The translations under genes were made by a program, and so were the position numbers. The notes beneath the pieces were generated by a model, which worked only from the letters and a program-made list of their open reading frames with translations, was not told where the DNA came from and made no database searches. This document shows, piece by piece, positions 1-9,827 of a DNA stretch of 31,835 bases. The stretch is from a virus. Lineage: Duplodnaviria; Caudoviricetes. Numbering within the stretch: position 1 is the stretch's first letter; each line of letters opens with the position of its first letter. The stretch lies in IMG/VR virus record IMGVR_UViG_3300025154_000298, positions 1-31,835 of that record, one strand, 5' to 3'.

Positions 1-1
1 G

Positions 2-232
2 CACAGCAGCTTTGGTTGGATACAGTTCAAGGGCATAGCTGCTGTGCTAACCGCCAACACCATCTCCCTGGGCGGGACTGCGTGGACACCTGGCACAGTA
101 GCCGGGGCCTGCGAGCCGATCATCCTGGTAGAAGGGACGCCCAACACCTGGGTCAAGCAGTCCCTTGTGGGGGTTGTCCAGCGGGTGGCTGCAAGCACAG
201 CCTGGAGTGCCCTAGACCTCCGCATGGAGTAG
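2..232 (+). CDS. C-terminal part of a probable head decoration/cement protein (5'-truncated by window)
   Basis: Frame open from position 2: ..FGWIQFKGIAAV..GVVQRVAASTAWSALDLRME*. The GWIQxxG motif and small-residue composition resemble phage decoration proteins, and it lies at the head of the structural operon. Confidence 0.5.
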   Translation, partial: HSSFGWIQFKGIAAVLTANTISLGGTAWTPGTVAGACEPIILVEGTPNTWVKQSLVGVVQRVAASTAWSALDLRME

Positions 233-301
233 GTCACGTCTCAATCCAAAAAGTGTGGGTGGCCCAACAGTTCTGGGCCACCCACGACGGGAGTAAAGGA
301 T

Positions 302-745
302 ATGGCTAAAGGACCCCTCATGGTACAGGTGGACGCGGAGTCGGATTTCTGGCTCCCTCAATGGGTGCTGCAGGCCAAGGCCAAGGAGAGGGCCAGGATA
401 CTCATGGCCAGGCAGGGTCCCACGGTGCGGACGGTTACGGATAACGAGCTCCGAGAGATGCATCCCAACGACAAGGTGCCGGGTGTCTACGCTGTCCCCC
501 CGCGAGCGGACCGGCAAGAGGCTGCCTTGATAATCCCCAGCGCCGGTATGCTTTCAGCGGATCACGTGCGGGACCTGGCCGGCAGGGTGCGCGAGGGGGG
601 TTACGGCAAGGGGCCAACCTTCAAGACCAAACACATGAGCAGGCGAGACTGGGCCAGCATGGTGGGCAACTTGGTGGATTGGCTTGAGCAAAAAAGGAAG
701 GACCGGAATAAGGCTCACTTAGCCCTAGATGGGCTAAAAAGATAA
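302..745 (+). CDS. hypothetical phage protein
   Basis: 147 aa ORF with AAAGGA SD; co-oriented in the operon. Confidence 0.75.
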   Translation: MAKGPLMVQVDAESDFWLPQWVLQAKAKERARILMARQGPTVRTVTDNELREMHPNDKVPGVYAVPPRADRQEAALIIPSAGMLSADHVRDLAGRVREGGYGKGPTFKTKHMSRRDWASMVGNLVDWLEQKRKDRNKAHLALDGLKR

Positions 746-758
746 GGAGAGAACAGGT

Positions 759-1439
759 ATGGCAGTAGACACAGTAAGCCCGGAGGATTTCCTGGCACAA
801 ATCCAGGAGTACCACTCCAAGCACCAAACAGAGATGGTGGAAACCGCCGAGGAGGAGTCGGATACCGACGACGGTATGGGGGAGGTTGCTAAGGCTAAGC
901 CCAGGGCGAAGCAACTGCCTCGTTACCCGCGCTACCACCTGATATATGGCCGCGCCGGGGAGGTCATTGACTACCACGTGGACCACCTCCGGGGCGGGAT
1001 TGATGCACTCTGGCGCAAGCTTCAGAGGCGCTACCCCAAGGGGTCCGCGGGGGCCGGGCTGCCTGTATGGGTGTCAAGGCTCCCGGAAGGGGCTAAGAAG
1101 CCGGACCTAACCATTCCCTGCAATTTCCCCGGGTGCATTCTGGCATTTAGTTCACCCGAAGAGCGTGAGTTGCATCAGAGAGGCTTCCACCAGGATTGGG
1201 CCAACCTGGAACGCGACAGGCAAATCAGAGAAGACCGACAAACCCAAACGGACCAACTTGCATCGCTCATCGGGCAAAACCAAGCGACTCAGCAGCAACT
1301 CAGCAGTCTCATCGGTGGATTTCAGGAGATGGTTAGTGGCTTTACCGCAGTTGTTGGCAAGTTGGTAGAGGGCGATGCCCCTGCCCCTGAGCGCAAGCAG
1401 GCGTCCAAGCAGGTTGCTAAGAAGGGGGTGAAGAGATGA
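759..1439 (+). CDS. hypothetical protein with C2H2 zinc finger and coiled coil
   Basis: AAGGAG SD; C-x4-C-x12-H-x4-H (CNFPGC...HQRGFH); acidic N-terminus; Q-rich coil. Confidence 0.8.
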   Translation: MAVDTVSPEDFLAQIQEYHSKHQTEMVETAEEESDTDDGMGEVAKAKPRAKQLPRYPRYHLIYGRAGEVIDYHVDHLRGGIDALWRKLQRRYPKGSAGAGLPVWVSRLPEGAKKPDLTIPCNFPGCILAFSSPEERELHQRGFHQDWANLERDRQIREDRQTQTDQLASLIGQNQATQQQLSSLIGGFQEMVSGFTAVVGKLVEGDAPAPERKQASKQVAKKGVKR

Positions 1440-1729
1440 TCGACTTTACCAAGTATGCTCCCATTGGGAAGCAGACAGGGCTTTCCGTTGGGGCTACTGC
1501 TGTAACCCTGACCATGCCCTCCGGCCCTAAACCCAGAGTGGCAGAGGTCCAGGTTATGGGCGCCCCCATTCGTTATTGGACGGATGGGTCCACTCCCACC
1601 GCCACGCAAGGACTTCGGCTGGAGCCGTATGAAAGAAAAGGGCTTGCCTCTTACGCGGAGGTAGTCAACTTTTCCGCCATTCGAGAGGGGAGCACCTCGG
1701 CAACCCTGGAGGTCATGTATTATGGTTAG
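1436..1729 (+). CDS. small virion-associated hypothetical protein
   Basis: ATGA overlap with the previous gene; beta-rich 97 aa (IRYWTDGSTPTATQG). Confidence 0.75.
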   Translation: MIDFTKYAPIGKQTGLSVGATAVTLTMPSGPKPRVAEVQVMGAPIRYWTDGSTPTATQGLRLEPYERKGLASYAEVVNFSAIREGSTSATLEVMYYG

Positions 1730-2489
1730 CGAGACAAGTTTCCGCAATACTGGCGTTCTCCACCGCAACGCCATCACGGCAGTGGACAAGCTCACTATGG
1801 GGGCCCTCACGGTTACGGCGGGGGCGGGGTCTACGGGCAATCTGACCAACGTTGCCCACTCTGTGGCGGTAGTGGCCAATACCGCCGAAGGACCGACTAC
1901 ACCACAAACTGGATCTCGGACCCCATCCGTAGCAAACGAAGCGATCCGTATCGCCTTTGCAGCAGTAACCAATGCCCTCACCTACGACATCTTTTGTTCG
2001 ATTACCTCAGTTGACACCGGGAAATGGGTGCTACGTGTCACCGAGGCACAGCGGGCCGCTGGAGGCCAGTGCACCGTCGTGGGCACCTATGCAGCTGGGG
2101 GCGCTGCGGGAGCCATTGACATTGGCATTGTAGGCACCGAGGTAACTCAGGACGCTAACCCCAACATTGTTAACAATGCCTATACCCCTGGAACTGTCAC
2201 AGCGATCAACTGCGCTGGATACTCCACGGCCCGCGTCAAGGTGTCGCTTTCTGTCACCGACCTGCGGTCTCTTCCCACACTGGCGCTGATCCCCTTCTTC
2301 GGGAACCAGGTTAGTGCTACGTCGTGGCACGCCGGGGCACGTATCAACGTCCCGATCCTGACGGCCCTGGGCGAGGGACTAAACCAGGAGTTTGAAATTG
2401 ATGTGAATGGCGAGCCTGAAATGGTTATTCTCGTTGATACCATCACTGGTCAAGGTGCGGCCGCAAGCATTTGGCTGGAGTTGGTCTGA
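1722..2489 (+). CDS. putative virion structural protein (beta-rich)
   Basis: T/A/G/V-rich 255 aa; GGAGG SD; overlaps both neighbours. Confidence 0.75.
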   Translation: MVSETSFRNTGVLHRNAITAVDKLTMGALTVTAGAGSTGNLTNVAHSVAVVANTAEGPTTPQTGSRTPSVANEAIRIAFAAVTNALTYDIFCSITSVDTGKWVLRVTEAQRAAGGQCTVVGTYAAGGAAGAIDIGIVGTEVTQDANPNIVNNAYTPGTVTAINCAGYSTARVKVSLSVTDLRSLPTLALIPFFGNQVSATSWHAGARINVPILTALGEGLNQEFEIDVNGEPEMVILVDTITGQGAAASIWLELV

Positions 2490-4717
2490 TGCCTGCTGTC
2501 GGGCTTTCTCGCCCGCGCACTTGTCTGTTGGAGCCGACCCGCCCCTCAAGTGTCCAGGTGGGGAAGGCACCGGACACGACCTTACCGATCCGCTTTGCCT
2601 CGCTAAAGGGCTTGAACTTGCCCTTCGGCGTCCAGCGGAGCGGAACGTCGGGATCCTATACCTGGTGGGGGGCTGCCTGGGACGAGGCTGCCATCAGGGA
2701 ACAACTTAAGTTCCTGCGGTCCTACAACATCACGGACCTGCGGTTTTTCATGTTCTTTGATGACTTCATCGTCAAGGATGCCAACTGGAGCACGGGGGTA
2801 TGGACCCCTCAGTTCTACCCGGCCTATCGCGCCAATTGGGAGACGTTCGCCCGCATGTGCAAGGAGGCGGGCATCAGGATGTTCCCATGCCTCTACAGTA
2901 GCCCGCTCAGCGGGGCCAACATGAAATTCGACCCGGTGGCTATGTACCCCGCCTGGCGTGGGCCGGACTTGTTGGGCACCGGGACGAACAACGGCGGCAT
3001 GGAGAGTAACCCCCTGGTGGGGAATGGGTGGACCTACACAGACGGAAACGCCACGGAGACATACTACACTGATGAAGCCCAGGGAGTACAGCCGGGGGAC
3101 AACAAAGCCACGTCCTACGTCGGCTTTGTTGTCCCCGATGCGCAAGCCACGAAACTGGAGTCCCCGAAGGTGGCGTACGACGGGAAAACTCTCTTACGGA
3201 TCAGCATCAACGTCAAGGGGTCAGTAGCGATAACCCCCTATCTCAACTACTACAATGCAGCCGGGACCCTCACGGGGACCATGCTGCTGAAGCAAGTTAC
3301 GCTGGCCGGTGGGGGTGTATGGGAGACCTACACCATCGGGACTCAAACCAACCCGCCCCTGGGGGGCGTTACTCAGGTCACCATAACGATTCAAGTCGCT
3401 GTGGCTTCCACTGTCTACATCGGGGGTTGCCGCATTGCTCCTGCTGACCGCTCCTGGCTCTGGAAGAACTACGTGGAGGCAGCACGGGCCTGGTGTCAGA
3501 TGTACAATGACCAGACCGAGATCGGGAGCAATATCTCCGCTTGGAACACCTTCAACGAGATATACGATAACCTGATAGCCCTTAACGCCCACCCCTGGGC
3601 CGTCGATTGCTACAACGCCATCCGGTCGGTGACGCGCACCCCTGTGTCTATGGATAGCACCACTTCCTATTTCATCGGCACAGCAGGCAACCTACCGTGG
3701 TATAAGGACTGCTGCGATATCGCGGATATCCATAAATACGACACCGACCCGACGGCTATCCCCGACCTGAGCAGCCTGGGAACGCTCCCCTGGATACTTG
3801 GAGAGGCAGGGGCCAGCTCGACGGCCTCGCCGGGCACTCCGCAGCGAGAGAGAGTCACCTGTACAACGGCTGTTACTGTTGGCGGGGCAGGCAACCTTAC
3901 GGTAACGGTTAATTCGAGCCTCGCGGGGTTCCCACAGGCGGAGTCGGTGGCCGTAGCCAATAACGACAGTGCCGTAACCTATGCTGCTAAAATCCGCCGA
4001 CAGCTCTTAACGAACGCCACTATTACTGGCAGCTACCGCGTCCTGGTTAGAGACGCGGGCGCTCAACAGGTCGAGACGACTACCGTTGTGGCGGCAATTA
4101 CCGGGGCGGGCAATGCCGCCGTCACGGTCACGGCGGCCGGGATGCCGGGAAGCCCCATAACGGTCAGCATACCGCTCCAGGTAGGAGACGACTCGAAAGA
4201 GGTGGCCCGCAAGATTGCGGTCACCCTGACAGCGCATTCAGTGATAGGCGCATGGTTCTATTTTCTGCGTAGTGGGGCCGTCATCGCGATGACGGCTCAT
4301 GTTCAGGCGGCCAACGATGCAACCATGAACATCGCCATTGCCGACGGAACTCCGGCCCCTACTGGGCTAACGGCAATGGCGATGTTCACCAACACCACCA
4401 CGGGCAGTGGGACTGCCAAGGTCACGCTCACCCGCAGGATTGCATCTGAGGTCACAGACGACACGCTAGGCATTACGGTGGTAAAGGCTACCGCGGTGGG
4501 GCCAGACGACGTGAGCAGCGTGACCGACACGGCCAGCACGATAGGGGGCTACGCTGCCCTGGACACAACCATTCAGGGCTTTGCGGCGGAGGTTGCCCGC
4601 AGGGGAGGCAAGTGCATCATGCCGTGGGACTTCAACGGCATGATGGCGGTGGCAGGGCTGTTCCCGGCGCTGACCGCGTCGTCTGCGCTGGTATGGGAAC
4701 GGGACTGGACGCCGTGA
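2489..4717 (+). CDS. virion-associated clan GH-A (GH5-like) glycoside hydrolase with inserted CBM-like domain and two beta-rich repeats
   Basis: TGATG coupling at 2487-2491. Motifs LKGLNLP, LRFFMF, WNTFNE (acid/base), DIHKY, WILGEAG (nucleophile) and terminal CIMPW. Confidence 0.7.
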   Translation: MPAVGLSRPRTCLLEPTRPSSVQVGKAPDTTLPIRFASLKGLNLPFGVQRSGTSGSYTWWGAAWDEAAIREQLKFLRSYNITDLRFFMFFDDFIVKDANWSTGVWTPQFYPAYRANWETFARMCKEAGIRMFPCLYSSPLSGANMKFDPVAMYPAWRGPDLLGTGTNNGGMESNPLVGNGWTYTDGNATETYYTDEAQGVQPGDNKATSYVGFVVPDAQATKLESPKVAYDGKTLLRISINVKGSVAITPYLNYYNAAGTLTGTMLLKQVTLAGGGVWETYTIGTQTNPPLGGVTQVTITIQVAVASTVYIGGCRIAPADRSWLWKNYVEAARAWCQMYNDQTEIGSNISAWNTFNEIYDNLIALNAHPWAVDCYNAIRSVTRTPVSMDSTTSYFIGTAGNLPWYKDCCDIADIHKYDTDPTAIPDLSSLGTLPWILGEAGASSTASPGTPQRERVTCTTAVTVGGAGNLTVTVNSSLAGFPQAESVAVANNDSAVTYAAKIRRQLLTNATITGSYRVLVRDAGAQQVETTTVVAAITGAGNAAVTVTAAGMPGSPITVSIPLQVGDDSKEVARKIAVTLTAHSVIGAWFYFLRSGAVIAMTAHVQAANDATMNIAIADGTPAPTGLTAMAMFTNTTTGSGTAKVTLTRRIASEVTDDTLGITVVKATAVGPDDVSSVTDTASTIGGYAALDTTIQGFAAEVARRGGKCIMPWDFNGMMAVAGLFPALTASSALVWERDWTP

Positions 4718-4995
4718 CGCAGAAAAGCCATTGGCAGCGATATAAGGATCACTTGGCGAATCCGCCATCGTGGACGTTGCCGTCCACGATCTACCATCTG
4801 CGATACGACGCTGAGAGACGCGTCATCAGTTGCGAGGCGCACCGTTTCAGGGGAGATCTAGATGCACTAGAGCGCAAGGCGCAGCATGTCTATGGCGGGG
4901 GTGAAGTCGCAGAAGGTCTCCCTGTATGGAGCCTGGAACCGGTAGAGATCTACGATCCCCCGCCTCCTGCCAAGAAAACGGAGAGAAAGGGCTAG
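4714..4995 (+). CDS. hypothetical protein, paralogous to a domain of 759..1439
   Basis: GTGA overlap start (MTQKSHW..); shared YHLxY...RGxxDALxRKxQxxY...GLPVW motif. Confidence 0.75.
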   Translation: MTQKSHWQRYKDHLANPPSWTLPSTIYHLRYDAERRVISCEAHRFRGDLDALERKAQHVYGGGEVAEGLPVWSLEPVEIYDPPPPAKKTERKG

Positions 4996-4998
4996 GCC

Positions 4999-6267
4999 AT
5001 GTCAACGTCCCTTTTGGTTATGTCCCGCGAGTGTCCTGAGCGACTGGGGTGGTATTCGCAAGGGTCGCCTTCGTCAGGTTCAGCCACGACCGTATGGGTA
5101 CACAACGCCGCTGCATCGCACTTTGACGAAGAAGACGAGGCCACCTACTGGCAGAACGTATGGGCCAAAGTCGAGGCTGACTCTGCCGTGACGCCCCTTA
5201 ACGTAGGGGAAGTTCGGCGCATCAAGACTTACGCTCCCGGCACGTCAACATTCACGCTGCCCACAGGACGTGGCTTTAGCAACACCCCCACCACGACCAT
5301 GACAATGGGCTTTTACAAGGCTGTTCCCCCCGGGACCCGGTGGGGAAGCATCCCCGGTTGGACACACTACATCAACCGCATTCTTCGCAGTCTCCGGTAT
5401 CGGCGCTATGGGCTCCTGACACTGGTCACGGACGGCGACATGGAAACCTCCGGCACGAGCAACTGGACGGCAACCACGGCGACCCTGTCCAAGGTTACGG
5501 CAGCGGCCAACATCACCCTGGGAAGCAATAGCCTTCGGGCACTGAACAGTTCTGCTAACGGGCGTGCGCGATCCGCCCTCATCAATGTGGCTCCAGGGGA
5601 CACCTACTGCGTCCGGGCAGACCTTCGTGTTGCGTTCGGCACAGGGGAACTGGAAGCCTATGACGAGACCAACGCCGCAGTAATTGAGAGCGAGACCAGC
5701 ACCTACCGTGACTGGCGATACCTGGCCTTCGACTTCACCACGCCGGCAGGGTGCCTCTCGCTGTCCATCAGGCTCAAGGGGCAAGAGGCCAGCGCCGACG
5801 TGTATTGGGACAACGTGAGCCTCCGCCATAAATCGGCTAGGCAGATGGACCTACCCTCTTGGGTGGATAACCCTGGCGCCGTGGAAGGCCTATACCAGTA
5901 CCGGGGAGGCTCTGCCGTCACCGCCGGGGCTGACGCTGGGCTCTGGATGGGGCAGCACCTTAGCTCCATCCCATACGAGGACATCATTGCCGAAGTCACC
6001 GCGGCAAACCCCTACCGCATTGCCTATTCATTCGCACCTATGGCTGACGCACTTCTTTTGGTTCGAGGGCTAGGGCCACACTCAGAACTATCTTCTGACA
6101 GCGATACCACCACTGCCGACAAGGACCTGGTGGAATTGGGAGCCTGCTGGCTGGCAGCACGGGATCACGAAGACCCTCGAGCGGGCGAGTTTGAGGCGGA
6201 TTACAACTCTCGGCTATCTTTCCTTCCCTATGCCGAACGCTGGATTGCTTCGGGGCAACCCGTATGA
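4999..6267 (+). CDS. putative head-tail adaptor/virion protein with CBM4/9-like jelly-roll insert
   Basis: Internal LVTDGDME..W..G..SLR..VYWDNVSL signature of CBM-like domains; position before the large tail protein. Confidence 0.55.
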   Translation: MSTSLLVMSRECPERLGWYSQGSPSSGSATTVWVHNAAASHFDEEDEATYWQNVWAKVEADSAVTPLNVGEVRRIKTYAPGTSTFTLPTGRGFSNTPTTTMTMGFYKAVPPGTRWGSIPGWTHYINRILRSLRYRRYGLLTLVTDGDMETSGTSNWTATTATLSKVTAAANITLGSNSLRALNSSANGRARSALINVAPGDTYCVRADLRVAFGTGELEAYDETNAAVIESETSTYRDWRYLAFDFTTPAGCLSLSIRLKGQEASADVYWDNVSLRHKSARQMDLPSWVDNPGAVEGLYQYRGGSAVTAGADAGLWMGQHLSSIPYEDIIAEVTAANPYRIAYSFAPMADALLLVRGLGPHSELSSDSDTTTADKDLVELGACWLAARDHEDPRAGEFEADYNSRLSFLPYAERWIASGQPV

Positions 6268-8240
6268 CACGAATAGGCTCCGGCAGGTCCGCCGTCGCCA
6301 CCAGAACCACGGGTCGGGAACGTGCTTATGACCTAATTCTGAACGGGGATGGCTACATCCTCGCTCAGGACAAGGGCGTCCCGATCTGGACAGAAGACTC
6401 CATCCCTACCGAGTTAGGACAGGACGCCCCTATGGGGGAGCGTAACGTAGAGATGCGAACCTTTCACCTGGGCTACGGGTACGGCGAACACTACGTCCCC
6501 GGCTGCTATGACTACGCCGTGGACGCCGATTGTAGTCAACCCGGCATGATCGTAGCCGCAGGGCTGCTTACCACCATAACGGGCGTAGCCGACGGGTCCA
6601 ACCTGGTTACCGATTTCTTCGAGCTGGGTGGCAATATCTACGCCATTGGGGGCCGGTATTGCCGTCAGATCAACACTACGACCGACGCCCTAGTCGCGTT
6701 AGGGGCTGCTGTGACGGGCAAGGACTTCGGGGCTTCCACGGTTGTGACCAAGGCCGTGGAGTTTGACGGCGCCATCTTCGTGGGGTTTTCGTCCAGCACG
6801 CCTATCTGGAAATTCACAGGCTCGGCTTGGAGCCAGGCTGCCACCGTCCAGGCCAAGTACTTCGCCAAGGATTGGCTGGACGTTCCCGGCGCCGTAGGCT
6901 GGCGCCTCTGGCGAGGTTACAGCACCAATTCCGTGGATGGTGTCCTGACCGGCAGCGACCCGCTCACCGCTGCCAACTGGGGGCCGGCAACTCCCTTCGC
7001 CATCGGGGACACCTCGCAGGCCCTTACCGGCCTAGTGGGGATGCGCCACGCGGTATGGGCGTGCAAGGCGGATGGGCTATACGGACTGGACTCTTCCGGG
7101 CGGGCTACAAACCTGCTACAAGCCATCGCGCACCTCAAGAGTGCCAATAATGGGGTGAACCCCATCGCTATAGACGACTACATCTGCCTGCCTCACATTA
7201 TGGGGCTGCTGGAGTTCAACCCACGGACGGCAGGCTCCAACTTGCAATCCATTCAGCCCGGGGGAGACCCCGGCAACACCTCACCTGTGTACGGCCGGGT
7301 GACAGCGCAAACCTATCTGGCCGGGTGGCATTATGTGGCCCTCTATAATGGAACCGACACCTACATCCTCAAGGGGCGCCGGCCCCACGAGGGGGAAGCG
7401 ATCCCTCCTGGATGGATTGGCCCGAAGATATGGCACCCGCTGGTGAAGATCCCCGCCAAGACGGTCAACTGTATGCACGTCTCCGGCCTAACCACCCCCA
7501 ACCGGCTTTGGATGGGAGCAGGACAAGACGTGGCCTACATCACCGTGTCACCGATCAACAACCCGCTTTCTGAGTCGGGTCATACCTACGCCGCGGCGCC
7601 TTCGATCTATCTATCCCCCATTGACTTCGGGGCACGGGGGATAGACAAAGAACTGATGGGCTTCGATATTGAGAACTCTGGCTTTTCGAGCAGCACCTTT
7701 GCTCAGTTGAAACTCTCCATTGACGCCGGGGCGTACACCCAATGGGGTCTGAGTGCCACTACCGCTAGCCGGACCCGCCTCAGCCGACCTGCCACAGGAA
7801 GTTGGCGGGGCTACAACACCAAGATGCGCCTGGACATCACCAACGCCAGCAGTGCTAGCACACCGAAGGTGAAGGGCCTAATCGCCAGGGCAGCCTTACG
7901 CCCGCAATATGAGGACGTGCTGTCTTTCAGCATCATCCTGGCCGATGCGCAAAAGACTGCTGATGGAAGGTCCAGCAGGGTAGCAGCGGACACAGCCTTG
8001 GGTACGCTGAAAGCACTTCGCAATTCGCCTCCCGTGGTTTTAACCGATTACTGGAAAGGGGATGCTCGTAGCCGCAACGTCGTGGTGGAAAAGGCAGGTC
8101 CCATGCGTCTTATCGAGCAACACGAGTTTGCCCCGCCCGCTTGGATCAGTGAAGTGACCGTGCGAGTGATAGGCAACGTCGGGACCTACTTCAATTGGGA
8201 CGGACAGGCGGACTGGTCCGGCAACTACAAATGGACTTAA
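6264..8240 (+). CDS. putative tail nozzle / tubular protein (beta-propeller-like)
   Basis: 658 aa; recurring blade-like strands (FFELGGNIYAIGG, VEFDGAIFVG, RLWMGAG); between adaptor-like and fibre genes. Function inferred from synteny. Confidence 0.5.
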   Translation: MTRIGSGRSAVATRTTGRERAYDLILNGDGYILAQDKGVPIWTEDSIPTELGQDAPMGERNVEMRTFHLGYGYGEHYVPGCYDYAVDADCSQPGMIVAAGLLTTITGVADGSNLVTDFFELGGNIYAIGGRYCRQINTTTDALVALGAAVTGKDFGASTVVTKAVEFDGAIFVGFSSSTPIWKFTGSAWSQAATVQAKYFAKDWLDVPGAVGWRLWRGYSTNSVDGVLTGSDPLTAANWGPATPFAIGDTSQALTGLVGMRHAVWACKADGLYGLDSSGRATNLLQAIAHLKSANNGVNPIAIDDYICLPHIMGLLEFNPRTAGSNLQSIQPGGDPGNTSPVYGRVTAQTYLAGWHYVALYNGTDTYILKGRRPHEGEAIPPGWIGPKIWHPLVKIPAKTVNCMHVSGLTTPNRLWMGAGQDVAYITVSPINNPLSESGHTYAAAPSIYLSPIDFGARGIDKELMGFDIENSGFSSSTFAQLKLSIDAGAYTQWGLSATTASRTRLSRPATGSWRGYNTKMRLDITNASSASTPKVKGLIARAALRPQYEDVLSFSIILADAQKTADGRSSRVAADTALGTLKALRNSPPVVLTDYWKGDARSRNVVVEKAGPMRLIEQHEFAPPAWISEVTVRVIGNVGTYFNWDGQADWSGNYKWT

Positions 8241-8253
8241 CGGAGGCATCGTC

Positions 8254-9468
8254 ATGGCACTAGTATCGACAGTAGTAAACAGCGACGACAGGGCGGTCCC
8301 CAGCCACGTCAACAACCTGCGGACAGACCTGACAGCCCACACCCACGAGGGGACGGACACGGCGCTCCTCAAGGCCGACAGTATTACGACTGTGACCAAT
8401 GCGAGGACACTGACGCTCCCTACATCGGGCAACGATACCCTGGTGGGGAAGGCTACCACTGACGTCCTGACGAACAAGACCTTGACGAGCCCGACGCTGA
8501 CCAGCCCGATTCTCAATGGCAACGTATTTTTCAATGATACGGCTAATGCCCTTATGACACAGGGCCTTACCCTTCAGCAGGACGCCAACGATGACGAAAT
8601 CCTGGCCTTCAAGTCGAGCGACGTGGCACACGGGGTAACCGATGTAGCCGAAACGGACACGTATGCAGCCTTTTCTAAGGTGTCAGCACTGGGCGGGGGC
8701 TTGTTGGTCCGTGGGTTCACCGATACCGATGCCGCTGCGGGACGGGCCTTACTTTTGTCCGGACTGGTGGGCGAGGCGGTTGATACCACCAAGAGCACCG
8801 CGGGGATCGGCGCCATCGAGGTCTACGCTCAGATCAAAAGCGGTACGGGTGTGGCCCCGGTGGGCACTGACGGGAATCTGTTCGTTGTCTCCAACAATGG
8901 CACGGCGCGTTTTATCCACGACGCCGAGGGCACGCTGCACAGTATTGGGGCTTCCCAGACAGAGCGTTTTGGGAATGGCGAGAGTTTGCTGGTTGCGCCC
9001 ACAATCGCTGACTTCACAAACGCCAATCACGACCACGGGGACGCAGACGATGGCGGCGCATTGATATCGGGCATCACCCTGACCAGCCCCATCATCAACA
9101 CACCGAGCGACAGCGGGCAGGTGTACAGCGGGACGTATACGCCGACGCTGACGTTGGTAACCAATCTTAACGCTGCCACAGTCTTTACCGGTAGCGTCTT
9201 CCAAATTACACGGATTGGAGCAAGAGTCTTTGTCTCCGGAGAGATAGCCACCACCCCCACGGGGGCGGGGGCAGCTGAGGTTGGTATTTCCTTGCCGGTA
9301 GCATCTAACTTCACAAACGAGGGACAATGCAACGGAGGGGGAGACAACGGCGGGGCAGATAATGGCCGCATCAATGGTGATACCACCAATGACAGGGCTA
9401 GTTTTCAGTGGAACAGTGGCGTGGGTGCTAGCAACTTCGCCGTCTGGTTCTCGTATCTAATCGTCTAA
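8254..9468 (+). CDS. putative tail fibre protein
   Basis: GGAGG SD; TLVGKATTDVLTNKTLTSP fibre-type motif; C-terminal SGTYTPTL..TRIGARVFV..SLPVAS receptor-binding-type domain. Confidence 0.7.
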   Translation: MALVSTVVNSDDRAVPSHVNNLRTDLTAHTHEGTDTALLKADSITTVTNARTLTLPTSGNDTLVGKATTDVLTNKTLTSPTLTSPILNGNVFFNDTANALMTQGLTLQQDANDDEILAFKSSDVAHGVTDVAETDTYAAFSKVSALGGGLLVRGFTDTDAAAGRALLLSGLVGEAVDTTKSTAGIGAIEVYAQIKSGTGVAPVGTDGNLFVVSNNGTARFIHDAEGTLHSIGASQTERFGNGESLLVAPTIADFTNANHDHGDADDGGALISGITLTSPIINTPSDSGQVYSGTYTPTLTLVTNLNAATVFTGSVFQITRIGARVFVSGEIATTPTGAGAAEVGISLPVASNFTNEGQCNGGGDNGGADNGRINGDTTNDRASFQWNSGVGASNFAVWFSYLIV

Positions 9469-9477
9469 GGAGGCAAA

Positions 9478-9651
9478 ATGGACGACACCGATTCCGCCCA
9501 GACCCTGACCAAGGGACCTATAGTCATCGTTCGAGGGAAGGTTTACCCTGACGGCACGGTTTCCGACCCAACTTGTGAGTTTGTTCCAAAGTTCCATGCT
9601 AACATAGAATACACTTCCGAGTTTACCTACGAGACAAGCGAAGGAGCCTGA
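9478..9651 (+). CDS. small hypothetical protein (57 aa, not in ORF track)
   Basis: AAGGAGG SD; MDDTDSAQTLTKGPIVIVRGKVYPDG...EGA*. Confidence 0.65.
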   Translation: MDDTDSAQTLTKGPIVIVRGKVYPDGTVSDPTCEFVPKFHANIEYTSEFTYETSEGA

Positions 9652-9652
9652 G

Positions 9653-9805
9653 ATGGACAGCACCCTAACCCAAATCTTGTCAGCCCTATTCACGGCGCAC
9701 CAGTCCCTGGACGCGCTGCGGACTGAGCGGGAGAAGCTGCTAGCCCGGATCCAGGAGCTGGAGGTACAGCCTCCCATTCAGGGCGGGAACTCCGATGGGA
9801 CCTAG
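9653..9805 (+). CDS. small coiled-coil protein (50 aa, not in ORF track)
   Basis: AAGGAG SD; MDSTLTQILSALFTAHQSLDALRTEREKLLARIQELE..*. Confidence 0.6.
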   Translation: MDSTLTQILSALFTAHQSLDALRTEREKLLARIQELEVQPPIQGGNSDGT

Positions 9806-9827
9806 ACTGCTCGTGGCGGAGTCGTAG

